A stretch of DNA of 64,000 nucleotides, taken from Kondoa subrosea. Its lineage: Eukaryota. Location of the stretch: positions 434,001 through 498,000 of the forward strand of contig BCIN01000005.1 in assembly GCA_039545335.1 (NCBI GenBank), in the 5' to 3' direction. The stretch's first letter is position 1. Each line of letters begins with the position of its first letter. The translations under genes were made by a program, and so were the position numbers. A model generated the notes under the pieces. The model saw only the letters and a list, made by a program, of their open reading frames with translations. It ran no database searches and was not told the origin of the DNA. Below are positions 39,072 through 51,857 of this stretch, one piece after another.

Positions 39072-39219
39072 CAGGATATAATATCAAGTATGCGAGTCAT
39101 GATTAAAGAGTTTCATGTACAATGAATTTGGGGTTTTGCATGAATGAAGTTTATTTACAGTTCATTTTATTGACAGTTCAGTATCTAACGATTGCAAAAA
39201 AAGGACAGTCTAAGAGAGT

Positions 39220-42192
39220 CTAAGCATGTTCGAAATGATCGTTTGTGGTCTTGCCGTGGGTCAAGGCAGCCTTCTCGACGGTCGACAGGCCATCGGTATG
39301 ACGAGCCTTGACTTCCTTGTTCCAAGAGTCTGGAAGATTATGAGAACCAGGTAGTCGTGAGAGGTAGCCGAAGACTCACAGGATCGGTAGGCAGGAATTC
39401 CCTCTATGAAGAGCTCGTCGATTCTGCGAGTAATCATGAGAGGTTAGTAGACGAGAAGTGTAAACAGGGAGCTTTCTTACTCTTCTAACGAGAGACCTGC
39501 CATTTCTGGTACAAAGAAGAAGACTATAACAAACATGCATCAGGTACATCGTTAAGTCAATAACAGGGAACACACCGAAGGCGGCTGCTAGCATATTCGC
39601 TCCGAAGAAGACCATGCCGTATAGACTACCGATATCGGCACTACCTCGACAATAAGTAACGGTAAGGGACTAGACTGAAGTATACTTACGCGATGAAAGG
39701 ACTGCGGAAAATCAGCACATCAGCTGAAGAATGCGCATGGCTACGTAGGGGAAGACAAACCTGAAGTAAGAAAGCAGGAAGTTCCAGATCCAGTTGCTAG
39801 CTGCAACAAAGGATAGCTGTTTGGACTTGGTTCGAAGCGGTGCGATTTCACCAGTATTGACCCAACCTAATTTTACCAGCTCAACATTTATTTGGCAGAA
39901 GGTACAAAAGGATAGTAAATACCTCCGGGCCCCTGGGAAGAAACATCAGCATTCTGAAAAGAAGACGATCTCTTCGAGAGACTTACCCACGAGCATCCAT
40001 ACGCCAAGACGAAGATAGCAACTGTGAACGGACGCAGGACTATCAGACTAGCACAACGGCAAAGTGTAGCTTGAGCACTCACTAACGGTAATCACTGTAA
40101 TAACGATCGCCGTAAGACAATAGATGACTACGGCCTAAGAAACAGCTTACTTCCTGCTCCTGCGCCTTTGTTCGCTGGCAGATCCGGATTGTTGTTAGGA
40201 TACAGAGCATAGTTTCCGATACAGGCATAGCACAGCTAGCGACCAAGACCGGGAGCGTGAGAACAGTACCGGCATCAGAGAGAGACCTACATAAGAAAAG
40301 CCCATAACAAGAGCGCCTATACATGGACATTGAGATGGCATCATGTGAAGATGGAAGCCGTCCACTCACCGGTGATCATTGTGCGTCGACGGCCAAATCG
40401 GTCAAGAGAGTCTTGCGAAGTACTCAATGAGTCAGCATCGCTTTTCAAGCAGAGAATAGCTTACACAGTCCAGGAATAGTTCCGACTACGTCTAAAGTAC
40501 TGTATGGCAGATCAATAAGACGATCTCTAACGAAGGATTCGCATGGACAGACCCGAAAATAATCTGACTGACGTAAGAATCCAATGAGGTGTTGATGGAT
40601 GCGAATACAGATGTCCCACTGTAAGAGACTGAGTTTGAGCTCGATACTTCAGCGATACACTCACTAATAGAAGATAAAGTTGGCTCCAGTAAGCTAAGGA
40701 GTTGGGTCAGCCTTCCAGTATTTATGTGTTGCCCGCTCTACATACTTGTTGGAAGCTTGTAAAGCATGTCAGCATATAACGAGATATAGTATACGAATGT
40801 GCTTACGATTGTACGCAGCAACCGATCAAAGTTCTTTGACCAGTCTTTAATCTGCTACGGAAATTGAAGCATTCCAAGTAGCTTGAACTGCTCTCTTCAG
40901 CATTTCTGACACGAATTTCTTCCAAGATAGCATCCACTAGAGGATCGTGATCGTCCGTGGCGTCTATATATCTTCGGTGTTAAGTAGAGCGACACGAAAA
41001 CGAGACGGGACATACGCATTCGAGCGATCGTATGCCTTGCAACATCTTCATTACCTCGAAGAACAGATTCACGTGGTGATCGAGGTAGGACTGAATTTAA
41101 AACTCAATGCTAACAACGCAAACGAGCGTGACAAAACTGACATGGACAACCAGCACAGAGAATTCCAGCCCAAGCTAGTTGAATACCGATTGGGATCCGG
41201 TAAGAGGCGCTGTTGCTTATATCTTTGGTTCCGTAGACCGCGCAGTAGGCACTATGCGGACATCTCACTTGGCAACCAACGAAGCGCAGGCATGGTCAAG
41301 ACTTACATCAGAATACCCAAAGTGATCTTGGGACGATATCAGTTTGATTGACATAGCTGAAGAGAGACCAAACTTACCATAATCTGATAGCTTGATACCA
41401 AAGCTCCTCGAAGACCCTTAGGCGAAACTTCACCCATGTCTATCAATCCACCTCTCTCAGATTCCCTGATATGCTCCATTGCTTGAGACGACTCACACAA
41501 AGGCACAAGAGCACTCAACGCGCCTACACCGCTGCCGGCGACGAATCTATGTCAACCATCTGAATAAACCGTATTTCCTTAAGAAATAGAGCAACGCACC
41601 TTCCAGCTAGGAAAGCGCCATAGTTCTGGTAAGGAGCAACTTGTACAATAACACCGACACCAAAGATAGCTGAAGCGCCAAAAATTGCTCCTCTTCTTCC
41701 AACGAAATCAGCGAAAGGGACGCCGAGCAAAGCACCAGCAAAAGATCCAGCTGATAAGAGGGAGACAATTACGGATTGACGGTTTGCTGAGAGCGAGTAA
41801 CCAGAAGCTGCATTTGCGTCTGGCACTCCGTATGCTCGTTCGAACTGCGAAAGGGTAATTGAGTAGGCGTGACAGATATGCATCAGAAGTAGGTCGCAGA
41901 ACATACAGGAGGCATAATCAAGCAACCTAAAAAGCATTCAATCTTATGTAAGTCAACTGCATTTGATTCGCGCTCACCAGAGATATAACCAATATCATAG
42001 CTAAAGGTTGCTCCTTCAGATCTGAACTCCAGACACACAACGAGGCTCCAAGCTCACCCAAAAATGAAACCTCTGAAGAAGACAGAGTCGGCCGACGCGT
42101 CATATAGCGAGCAACGAAACTACTGACCCAATGGAAGCAAAGATGCAGACCCAAATAGCGATTAAGCTGACACTTTCTCCTCTATATCTCAT
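39220..42192 (-). CDS. MFS sugar porter (hexose transporter family), many short exons
   Basis: FASIGGFIFGYDIGYISG, IVSLLSAGSFAGAL..ADFVGRR, MGEVSPKGLRGALVSSYQ, GANFIFYYG, SWIWNFLLSYF. Confidence 0.93.
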
Positions 42193-42670
42193 CTTGACTA
42201 GTTCTTGCTACAGTCGACAAGCAGAAAGGAAGAGAAGGAGAGATGAACTCGTTTCCAAAGCAAATGACTATTCTGTGAGCTGAGCAAAGCAAAGATTGGC
42301 CAAAGGGGGAGAAAAGAAGGAAGCTGGAGCACCATGTGATGCCCCCTTTAAAACATGCTGCCGTGTTCGCAAATGAAATAACGCTAAACAAAGCAATCGG
42401 GTCGGAAAGATAAAATCATGCGTCATGGTTGCACGCGAAAGGAGAGAAGGATCAATTGAACACCCGGAGCAAGGATGTAAGCAGCAGCAGAGAACCGCAA
42501 ACGCAGATATGCAGGAGTGGAGCAGGGCCACAGCTGCTTGATAGTAGACTATAATGCATCGAGGTATCTGGTGGAAGTCCGAGGGATCAAGGAGCTACAG
42601 CAGTATTGCTTTGTCAGTGCGTCAAAGACCAGCGAGCTGTTGATAATGTATGAGAGTGCCTTTAAATCAC

Positions 42671-42882
42671 ACTCGGGCATTGAATGGCTCGCGACACGAG
42701 CAAAGATAAGATTCGCCATGCCATTCCTTCACTTGATGCACTTGATGAGGGCAACGAGTGAGGTCGTTCACCCCGAGTTCGACAACCTATACGGATGCAG
42801 ACGAAGTCTTACTTTACAACTGCATTTACCAAACGTTTACACCCTGTTCACATAGAACCTTCGCTGTCCGTTCACAAGCCAG
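42671..42882 (+). repeat. Left arm of a degenerate ~200-bp inverted repeat
   Basis: Aligns to the reverse complement of 45730..45931 (e.g. aagattcgcca, cccgagttcgaca, agtcttactttaca.ctgcatttaccaa, tgtccgttcacaagc). Confidence 0.85.
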
Positions 42883-43766
42883 CTCCCATTGCATCTATTG
42901 CATCTCGAACGCAATCAGACGCAGGCTAGATGTAGACCGGCTTGGCACGAATGCTTGCCAACTGCTTGTCAAAAGCATCTTACGACTGAATCCGAATGCT
43001 TGCTGTAGACAAGGTGAACCAAAGGCGATCGTATACTGGCCGGGATCGAATGTGGAACCAAGCATCAGCGAAGGTAAGACGATTTGGGAGTGGATGTTTA
43101 GCCAATGGATGCTGAAGTTTCCGCGATTGTATACGCTAGACTGATACGGGAGGCAAACAGAACTTAAGCGGAATGCTTCCTGCTCACTTGCTGTGATCTT
43201 TGCGCACACACGTGCAGAGCCGATTTGATTGAACAACAAAGCAGAAGGGGACATTTCAATGGAAACTCCACCAGACAAGTAAGTATCAGAAGGTTTGTGA
43301 CTGGTTGTTCACAATACAAGCTACAGGGTAGATCCGGAAGAAGCAGAATCAATGCACAAGAGAATCGCAATTGGGTCTTTCAGTTGAAGCGATAGCAACA
43401 AGCGCACCGAGTTGCAGCCAACCCATCATACTAGCCAATGTCAAACAGACTCATCGAGCGGAGAAAAGGGGAAACTGGATTGACAGAATGACGAGAGAAG
43501 GGCTGAAGGGCTGAAGTGAAATTGCGTTGCTGGACTCAAGTGTGTGCAAGAGCTTGAACAGGATTGAGACCAAAGTGAGCTGGCTGAGAACGTGTTGCTT
43601 TTGGAGCTAGCAGAGGCCTGGTACAAGTCTGTACCTAGTGCTTTCGAGACTTTGAATCGATCGTTTCTGTCCAACCCCTGTATGAAGACATTTCCACATT
43701 TGAGGTTTGTCTTCGAACGTTGCACCGCACTCTCGCTCCTCTGGCTCATACATAAAAGCGCAGAAC

Positions 43767-45427
43767 ATGGTCTTGTTAGCAGTAGAAGGAGCTACATCAG
43801 CATTCACAACACAGCTCAAAGGTCTGTTCACTCCTTGTCATTGCGAAGAAATGCCAGCTTTCTGATGATACTGCCTATAGACTCCGACACCTTGCTCTCT
43901 GTTCGCTCTCGTATCGCCAAGAAGCTGCATCTTCAAGACTCAGATGCTGCTGACGAGCTTGTGATCCGTTATGATTGGGATGGCGTGCGTTCACAGCTCC
44001 ATTGGCAAATGCTATGCACCAGGCTGATCTCATGTGTTTGGCAGCTATTCTATAGACTGGAAGATGGTAGGATCGGCCAGTTGTACAGAGGAGCAAATGG
44101 CTGCTAACGAGGATATAGACGAGGATTGGATCACCTTTGAGGCGCGAGTGAAAGATACCAACCGAAAGAAGATCCCAGTAGTCGTGTCTGGAGACGCTCC
44201 AACTCGAGCCGGACAGGCAGCACCTCGCGCTCCCCGTTCTGCCTATGCTGCATCTGTAGCAACAACTACGTCCATTCTTTCGCCTCAACCAGCCGAAACA
44301 TTAGGAGGACAAGACATGGCTCGGCCTACACGATCCATTTCATCACCACACAATGTCCACCTTCCAGATCAAGCGCATACAGCGTCGGAAGAGTCCCTTA
44401 TTGTGACGCTAATCGGCCAGATCAAGCGCGAGCGTCGAACTCAGAGCCGGGCTATTGAAGCTCAGAACCGGGCTATCGAAGCTCAGAACCGGGCTATCGA
44501 AGCTCAGAACCAGGCTATCGATGCTTTTACACAAGGTATGACTCGATTGGCCCGAAACGACCTTCAGCTGAGCTTCTTCGCTCGACAGACAACCGACGCC
44601 TGACGGAAGATACTCGCCATCTGGCTCAAATAACAGAAGCAATACTTATGCAAGCAGTCCGACCATCGTCTGGCAAGACCGAAAGAGGCGACAATCGACC
44701 TTTCAAAACGGCCCTTTACAACTACTATTACCGACCGAATTCCCCTGAGGACAAATATCCTACAGAGATAGTTTGCATGCTGACCGGCCTTCGGATGCCT
44801 TCGGCGGCCATCATCGCTAGTCATCTCTTCCCTCATAAGAACAAGCATCTCATTAGCCTGTTCGGACTAACATCTATCGATGAACCTGGGAACGGTCTAC
44901 TTCTATTCAAAGGTATCGAAGAAGCGTATGATCGAGGACATATATGCTTCATCTATACTCCTTCGTCAGGACGTTTTCGATGTCAAGTGCTCAACAAGAC
45001 GGTGAGCGGGAAGAAATGGAAAGACTATCTGAAGGGCAATGGCAGCCAAGGAAAGGCACTAGGGACAGACATGGACACTGTTACACGCCAATTCGAGCTC
45101 TTGAACCAGAATTCAATCACTTGTCTCGACGATCTGCAGGACCTGAAACTACTTTTACCAGGCCTAAACTCGCCAAAGAAACGATTGCTCAATTTTCACG
45201 CTCGGGTAGCTCTGACGTATGCTCGGTTGGATGGCGTGTTGGAGGATCCGAATTTGGATTTTGAAGATTTCAAGTCAGAAGGTGATTATGCTGCATCGCG
45301 AATTCTGGTGGAAAACTGGATAGCAGGTGTTGGGCGCGAGGAGCAAGAAGATACCTCAGAGTATAGTGATCCAGCGAGATGGGGCGCGAGGAGCAAGAAG
45401 ATACTTCAGAGGCTCTCTAGCGATTAA
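43767..45427 (+). CDS. Crinkler-like protein: N-terminal Ubl/PB1-like domain, coiled coil, C-terminal HNH endonuclease (4 predicted introns)
   Basis: MVLLAVEGATSAFTTQLKDSDTLLSVRSRIAKKL...IRYDWDGLFYRLEDDEDW; (AIEAQNR)n; CMLTG..IIASHLFP...IDEPGNGLLLFKGIEEAYDRGHICF. Confidence 0.82.
44441..44524 (+). repeat. 4 x 21-bp coding tandem repeat (heptad QNRAIEA)
   Basis: Units of tcagaaccgggctatcgaagc. Confidence 0.95.
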
Positions 45428-45729
45428 GGGAGATGATTGTAAGTCATTCGATCAAGCTGCTGCGATTCATCTGCTTATGAATAGATAGCAGGTGCTACCC
45501 TTGACTATGCGATGATCACGTATTCGCTTCGAGCTTACAATCGTCAGCGCTCGGTCCGCGTATTCCAATGTTGCTGGATTCAGTATACGATCAAAATGCA
45601 TCGGTCTATCTTCGTTTCTTCTTCGCCCTGCTGATCAACAAGCAATCACCAAATCTTCAACTTGTCAATCCAGTTTCACTTTTCTTGCGCTCGATCACTC
45701 TGTTTGAAGTATACTAGTATGAAGATTTG

Positions 45730-45931
45730 GCTAGCTTGTGAACGGACAACGAAGGTCTACAAAGAGGATGTGAAGGCTTGGTAAATGCAGATGTAAAGTA
45801 AGACTATGGCTACATCCGCATAGGCTGTCGAACTCGGGTCGAGTGATCTCGTTTGTTCGCGCCATCATCAAGTAAAGGAATGGCGAATCTTGTGTTCGTT
45901 CTTGTCCGCGAAAGATCCGATGCCCGCAGTA
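45730..45931 (-). repeat. Right arm of the degenerate inverted repeat
   Basis: Reverse complement matches 42671..42882; the adjacent 45664-45725 also matches 43421-43485. Confidence 0.85.
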
Positions 45932-45983
45932 CGAATTACAGATTACGCAACAACTTGGAGGCAAATTTCACTTGACCCAAACG

Positions 45984-47998
45984 ATGAAGTCGTTGAGCAG
46001 GACAATACCCAAGCATGCACTGCAACGTAATACCCGAGCCTTTCATACCACTAGCTTGGTGTTAGCCAAAGAGCTGCCTAGTCGAGGTCAATACAAGAAA
46101 GTGGACGCAACCGATGTCGAAGCTTTCTCTTCCATGCTGTCTTCTCCTTCAGCTGTCCTCACGACGCTCAAAGATACTAAATCAGCTACTTCTGTCACTG
46201 AGGATGAATTGCAACCGTTCAACCAAGATTGGATGACCAAATACAGCGGTCATGCTACAGTGGTCCTTAAGCCTAAAACCACCAAAGAAGTCTCTGCTAT
46301 TGTCGCCTATTGCGTAAAGAACAAGATTGCTCTGGTACCGCAAGGTGGAAATACTGGTTTGGTCGGTGGTAGCGTTCCTTTGTATGATGAAGTGATTGTC
46401 AACTTGGCTGGCCTCGATAAGATCAGGTCGTTTGATGAAGTATCAGGTTGGTGGTGTTGGGATTGCGCAAGCTGATGTGCTAAATGTCGAAACATCACCA
46501 ACAGGCATTCTTGAAGCAGATGCGGGCTGCATCCTACAAACGCTAGATGAGCATCTGCATACGAAAGGCCATATCATGCCACTAGATCTGGGCGCCAAAG
46601 GATCGTGTCAAATTGGAGGCAATGTAGCTACAAATGCAGGTGGTCTCCGGTTACTACGCTACGGCAGTTTACATGGCACTGTGCTTGGGTTAGAAGTCGT
46701 GCTACCTGATGAAAAAGGCACTGTATTGAGCGTAGGCATGAATGGGCTGCGAAAAGACAACACAGGTACGGTGGACGACTGCTAGCTAGCGCACTTTGTG
46801 CTCACCAGTTTCTTCCGTCCCAGGCTACGATCTCAAACAACTCTTCATCGGCTCAGAAGGCACTCTGGGTTTAATCACTGGAGTGTCAATAATCACACCT
46901 AAACGCTCTTCCGTAAGTCTTCATACTTAACTTCCGCTTATCTTCACTAAGTAACCTGTCATAGTCCACAAATGTTGCTCTTCTCGCCGTACCGACCTTC
47001 GCTCTCGTGCAAGAAGTGTTTAAGAAAACTCGAACGCAATTAGGCGAAATCTTATCGGCTTTCGAATTTTGCGATCAAGAAGCTTTCAAACTTTCTTTAC
47101 ACCATCAAGGAGGAGCTTCACCTATTACGGAACCGGAAGAAAGGACTTTCTATGTGCTTATCGAGACCAGCGGAAGTAATAAAGATCACGATGATGAGGT
47201 ACATGCTTAGAAAGCTGCTTTCGGCCTTTGGCTGATGACTTCTTGCTTTTGTTATGTACAGAAACTCAGCGGTCTACTGGAACATCTTCTAGAATCAGAA
47301 ACAGTCTCGGATGGTGTTCTAGCAGACAATGAAACCCAACTGCAATCCCTTTGGGCTTTACGTGAAGGAATTGCCGAAGCAGCTGGCAAAGCGGGTAAAG
47401 TGTACAAGTATGATTTGTCGATTCCGGTTAAAGAGATGTATGATATTGTTGAAGAGATGAGAGAGAGGTTCAGAAAGAAGGGCTTGTTTGAGAATGGCAG
47501 TATCAAGGAAGTAGTGGGTTATGGGCATCTAGGAGATGGTTAGTGGTATCCTCACGGATTAAGACGTATGCTGAATCAATAGCACAGGCAATATCCATGT
47601 CAATGTTGTTGCAAGCAAGTTCGACCCAGCAGTAGAGGAAGCCATCGAACCTTGGATTTACGAATGGGTTTGTGCGTGCTCTTTCTCGCAGGCCTGAAAC
47701 CGAGAAGCTGACTGACATTGATCTCTAGCCTCTCGTCGCGGCTCTATATCTGCGGAACATGGGCTCGGTCTGATGAAGGCGCCATATATCAGCTATTCTC
47801 AGGGCGAAGACTCGATAGAAACAATGCGAAAGATCAAGACTATGTTTGATCCAAATCTGATCTTGAATCCCTACAAGGCAAGTGAAGGTACATATGCAGA
47901 TACAATGCTAATACAGATGATGGGTTATACAGTATTTCCTCCCTCGCAGCGATGCTCCAGCCAACAGCGGTTACAACACGGAAGCGAAAGGGCATTAA
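45984..47998 (+). CDS. DLD2: FAD-linked D-2-hydroxyglutarate/D-lactate dehydrogenase, mitochondrial
   Basis: [91 protein letters not shown]. Confidence 0.96.
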
Positions 47999-48000
47999 CC

Positions 48001-51000
48001 TCAATAAGGCATGAGTCTTTGACGATCAATCACATCCCGGAAAGCTTCATCTGCTCCGAGCTCTTCTTCATCCAAATCCATGTCAGTACCAAAATCGAGC
48101 TCGTCTATCTGCTTATAGGAAGCCATATCGACAATCACACGGTGTTCCTTCTCATGCATGGCATTGTATAGCTCGTCCAATTCGTTGCGCTTGAAGACTG
48201 AACGGAACGGCGATTGGAAAGCTGTCAGATGCAGTTCTGTAGAAAGTAATCAGCTAGTAAGACAATGTAATATAATGCAGCTACCTTTGCTTGAGGGACA
48301 TTCTTCGATCGCGCGAAACAAAACAGACTTGGCTCGCACCGGGTCACCTTGCGAGATTGACCACTGAAGATAAGCTGACCAAAGCACCAAAGATGGACCT
48401 TGACGCAATGCAAGGGTGGCTTTTTCGAAAAGCGAGCGGACTACAAATGCGTTATAATGCCTTGCATCCAGATGCAGTTCAGCGTAGATTCGGAAGAGCC
48501 AAAGCGACGAAGAAGAATCATCTATTTGAAGCTGCCTATCAAACGTAGTCCGGACACGGTTTGCTATCCGAGTGCGTGCTTCCTATAGGAATAGCTTTAA
48601 TGATCAAGGACTCGCTGTCGGTATCTGACTCACGTTGTGCAGGTACAGCATCTGAAAAACCGTGCTCTTTGGAAAGCGGCCCAAAGCTTGGTCCAGAAGA
48701 TCACGCAAATCTCCAGGTCGGTATAGAGTTCTGTTCGTACTGTGTCGATGCAGGATTTTCGCATGGAGAATGAAGAGGTGTTCTTCCGCTACTCCATCAA
48801 CCAATGCATAAATAGGTCGAAGGACTTGAGCTGCCGCTTCTACCTCGTGAGACTGGAGATAAGCGAAAAGAGCTGCATTGAAGACCAAAGCACGATCTGT
48901 TTCGCTAGAACAGGCTTGAAGTTTGGACAGAGCGCTGCTATAGGCCTGAAGTCTATCAATATTACGCTCTCGACATTCAGAGAGCACTACATACTTGGCG
49001 CGCTCTCAATAAGGCAGACGTAGAAATCTGCGCATTTGTCATAGCCAGATTGAGTAAATCGACTCTGTCGCTTTGTGGCAGGATAGCAGCAGACAGAATC
49101 GCTAGCGAAGCTATTTCGTTGCCTTCTTCCCATTCCAACTCTGACCATGAGCGAAAGAGTACGTATTCTTGTCTTCGGGCAGTAGGTGCAAAGGAAGGCG
49201 AGACCAGCAGAGTCTGCAGATAGACATGTCTGGCTTCTTTTTGCTTGCCTCGATGTCGCTCTATTCGAGAATAGGCGTCCCATAGAAGCAGATTCTGCTG
49301 ATCCTGAGCTAGGAGCTGTTTCGCTAATTTCGATGCGCTGCAAACAGGGTCAGGTAAGTATCGTGAATAAGCCTTGAGACATACTTCTTAGGATCACAAA
49401 TGCACTCCATCGAGAGCCATGTTGCTTGGTAGAACGTATCGAGTTTCTTGCTTTTACTCAACAGGCGAAAGACGTTTCTACGGGCTGATCGGTATTATCA
49501 CATCGGAGTTAGAGCATACGCACCGTAAGCTTGTCAATTCTGCACCAGATAGATCATCTAGCGAAGAGCATTGATTGAACCAACTTCCGTCTTTTGATAA
49601 CCAGAGAAACTCGAAAGAGGCAGGCCATCTTCGAGCGTAGTGTTCACTCAGAGCTGTCACACCAGCTTGCCTCGCACTTTCCATTGCTTCACCTGCAATG
49701 ATCTCGAATGATTGCTGCTGTTGTTGTGTCTGAGCATTTCCAAAGAAGCGTTTGAACGATAGCGATGGTGATTCTTCGGGCATGACGTTTGAGTCGATAT
49801 TGTACGGGCTAATAGGAAGGCCGATAAAGCGTAGATAATATTCTAGAAGAGTAGAAGAATTGTTGTTGAGGAACAGAAGAGGTCGAATATCGGCGAATAA
49901 GACTACACGATAGACGTCTTCTTCATCAACAGCGTTCTCAGTATTATCAGTAAGTCGTGCCGGCAACATTCTTCGCTGCCCTTCTTGTCGCTCTTTCTGA
50001 ACCCAAATCTGATAGCCATCATTGGCAGAGGCTAAAGCATCCACAGCAGAAGCTTCAGGGCCATGAGCTTCTGCAGAAGGGGAGTCCGAATCCAAGTCCG
50101 TCTGATTCCAGCCTTTAGCGCCATTCTCTCCTATTCGGGGTGCTTCAGAATCCCAGAAAAGCTCTAATTCGTCGAGTTGTTCTTCGATTGTAGCAGACGT
50201 CAGCTTTGCAGGCAGGAAGAGATTCAATTCTAGGAGGGCTTGATAAGCTGCCATTGCTCGCTCAGTATAACCTGTTAAAGTTCCCTTTTAGCGAAGCTAA
50301 AATCTTGATCAAAGCAGGCCACTGACCAGCATCTCGAAGCATTCTCACAGTCTTGTCAAATATATCGAGCTGATCTTGTCGACGGAGCAGAGGTAAAGTC
50401 ATCTCCACGTTCCTCAAGTAGCCGGAGCGCATCTTGAACAGCCGACCGTCTCTTGCCATCCAGTCCAACCACTCTTTCGTCAACATTTGATCTTTTCTGG
50501 TTGCTCTTCGCCATTCTCTTTCTAGTTCATCCATCTCCCAAACTTCTTCACCGACTTTAAGCCTTTCCTTCACCAATTCCGATTTCGGATCCGAACGACA
50601 AAGCAAAAGTGCTTTATCCAGGATAGCAAGCTTCCCTTCTGCTATTGCTCTCCTCTCTTCTCGCTCAACAGCTCTTTTCTGACTGCCTATAGCAAGACTA
50701 GGTTTTGATCCCTCTTTCTTAGCTTGTTCATCGGAATACGCTCGAGCGCTAGCAACATTCTGATCTTGGAATCGGATAAAGTCCAACCATCCTTTTACAT
50801 CATCTGGGTTTGCTCTGACATGAGCTGAAAGAGCTTGGTTCTTGAGTGTGATGTTATCGTAAAAAGTTCGACCTTCTTTGATATCATGCGATAATTCGTC
50901 CGACTCAGATTCAGATGAAGAAGGAGTAGGCGAACGGCCTCTGGGCCCTTTCAATTGACGATAGGATGGATCTGTCGATGTAGTAGTATCTTGTTCTTGT

Positions 51001-51834
51001 TCATCTTCTGATGAGGAGATGTCATCTTTCAAGAGAGATATGAAAGAGTCTTGGTCAACCGGTGTTTGTGGTCTAGTACTCTCAGATGGTAGGAGCTGCA
51101 AGATCTGAACGTCCTTTGCTGTTACTTTCCACCTGTAAGCCTTGTCGGTATAGCGTGCGAGCTTGAGATCTATCAGTGCAATAGAAAACAAGCTGATAAG
51201 CAACTCACAGCATGCTGATTACGAGGTAGGATTATCAGATCCTTTATCGAAGCAGGCCTTGTTATTCGCAATGTCGGATTCAATCCCATTACTCGACCGC
51301 CTGAAATCTGTCAGCATTCGCGGCGGAAGCATAGTAATGGAGTATACCTCCAATGCGCCTAAAGCGAGGCACATCACCAGCATACAGACTTTGATAACGC
51401 TGATTGTTTGTATCGCCTATCGGATCTACGATGACTTCTTGAGCAGAAGAAGGCTTCGAGCGCCTAGGAAAGATATGTGTAGGTGCAGAGGTATCTCCGA
51501 GGAGCTTAGGTTTGGCAGAAGCATGAGATTTGGGCTGGGCTAGCAATGTCGGTTTGACAGAATGTTGTGCTGTTTGATAGTTCCCCTCTGTACGGCTACG
51601 CTTGCTCGATGATTTGTCTGATTTCTCCCGTTTCGAGTCTTTCTTCCTCTTCTTGACCTTGTCCTTGCGATCTTCTGCCTCGCTGATAGGATCATAGGAT
51701 TTCTCTGGAAACGAGCCAAAGCTGGGAGCAGCCTTGGGCCTGTGGATATCTACAGCCTGACTATTTGATGGGAATGAATTGAAAGAGGGCGCAGCAGCCC
51801 GCTGCTTGGGTATGATTGCCCGCTCATCGCTCAT
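48001..51834 (-). CDS. NRDE2: NRDE-2 family nuclear RNA-processing/exosome regulator
   Basis: NPDDVKGWLDFIRFQD, GYTERAMAAYQALLELN, FWDSEAPRIGENGAKGW, DVYRVVLFADI, HAT-like C-terminus. Confidence 0.9.
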
Positions 51835-51857
51835 GTCCAAGAGATCCAACAATAATT

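Noticed and set aside
44441..44524. CRISPR-like repeat array
   Set aside because: Contiguous in-frame 21-bp units with no spacers, in a eukaryotic exon
13208..47998. Functional clustering of mitochondrial/respiratory genes (QCR7, ILV2, COQ7, NDUFA5, DLD2)
   Set aside because: Interspersed with unrelated genes; not distinguishable from chance
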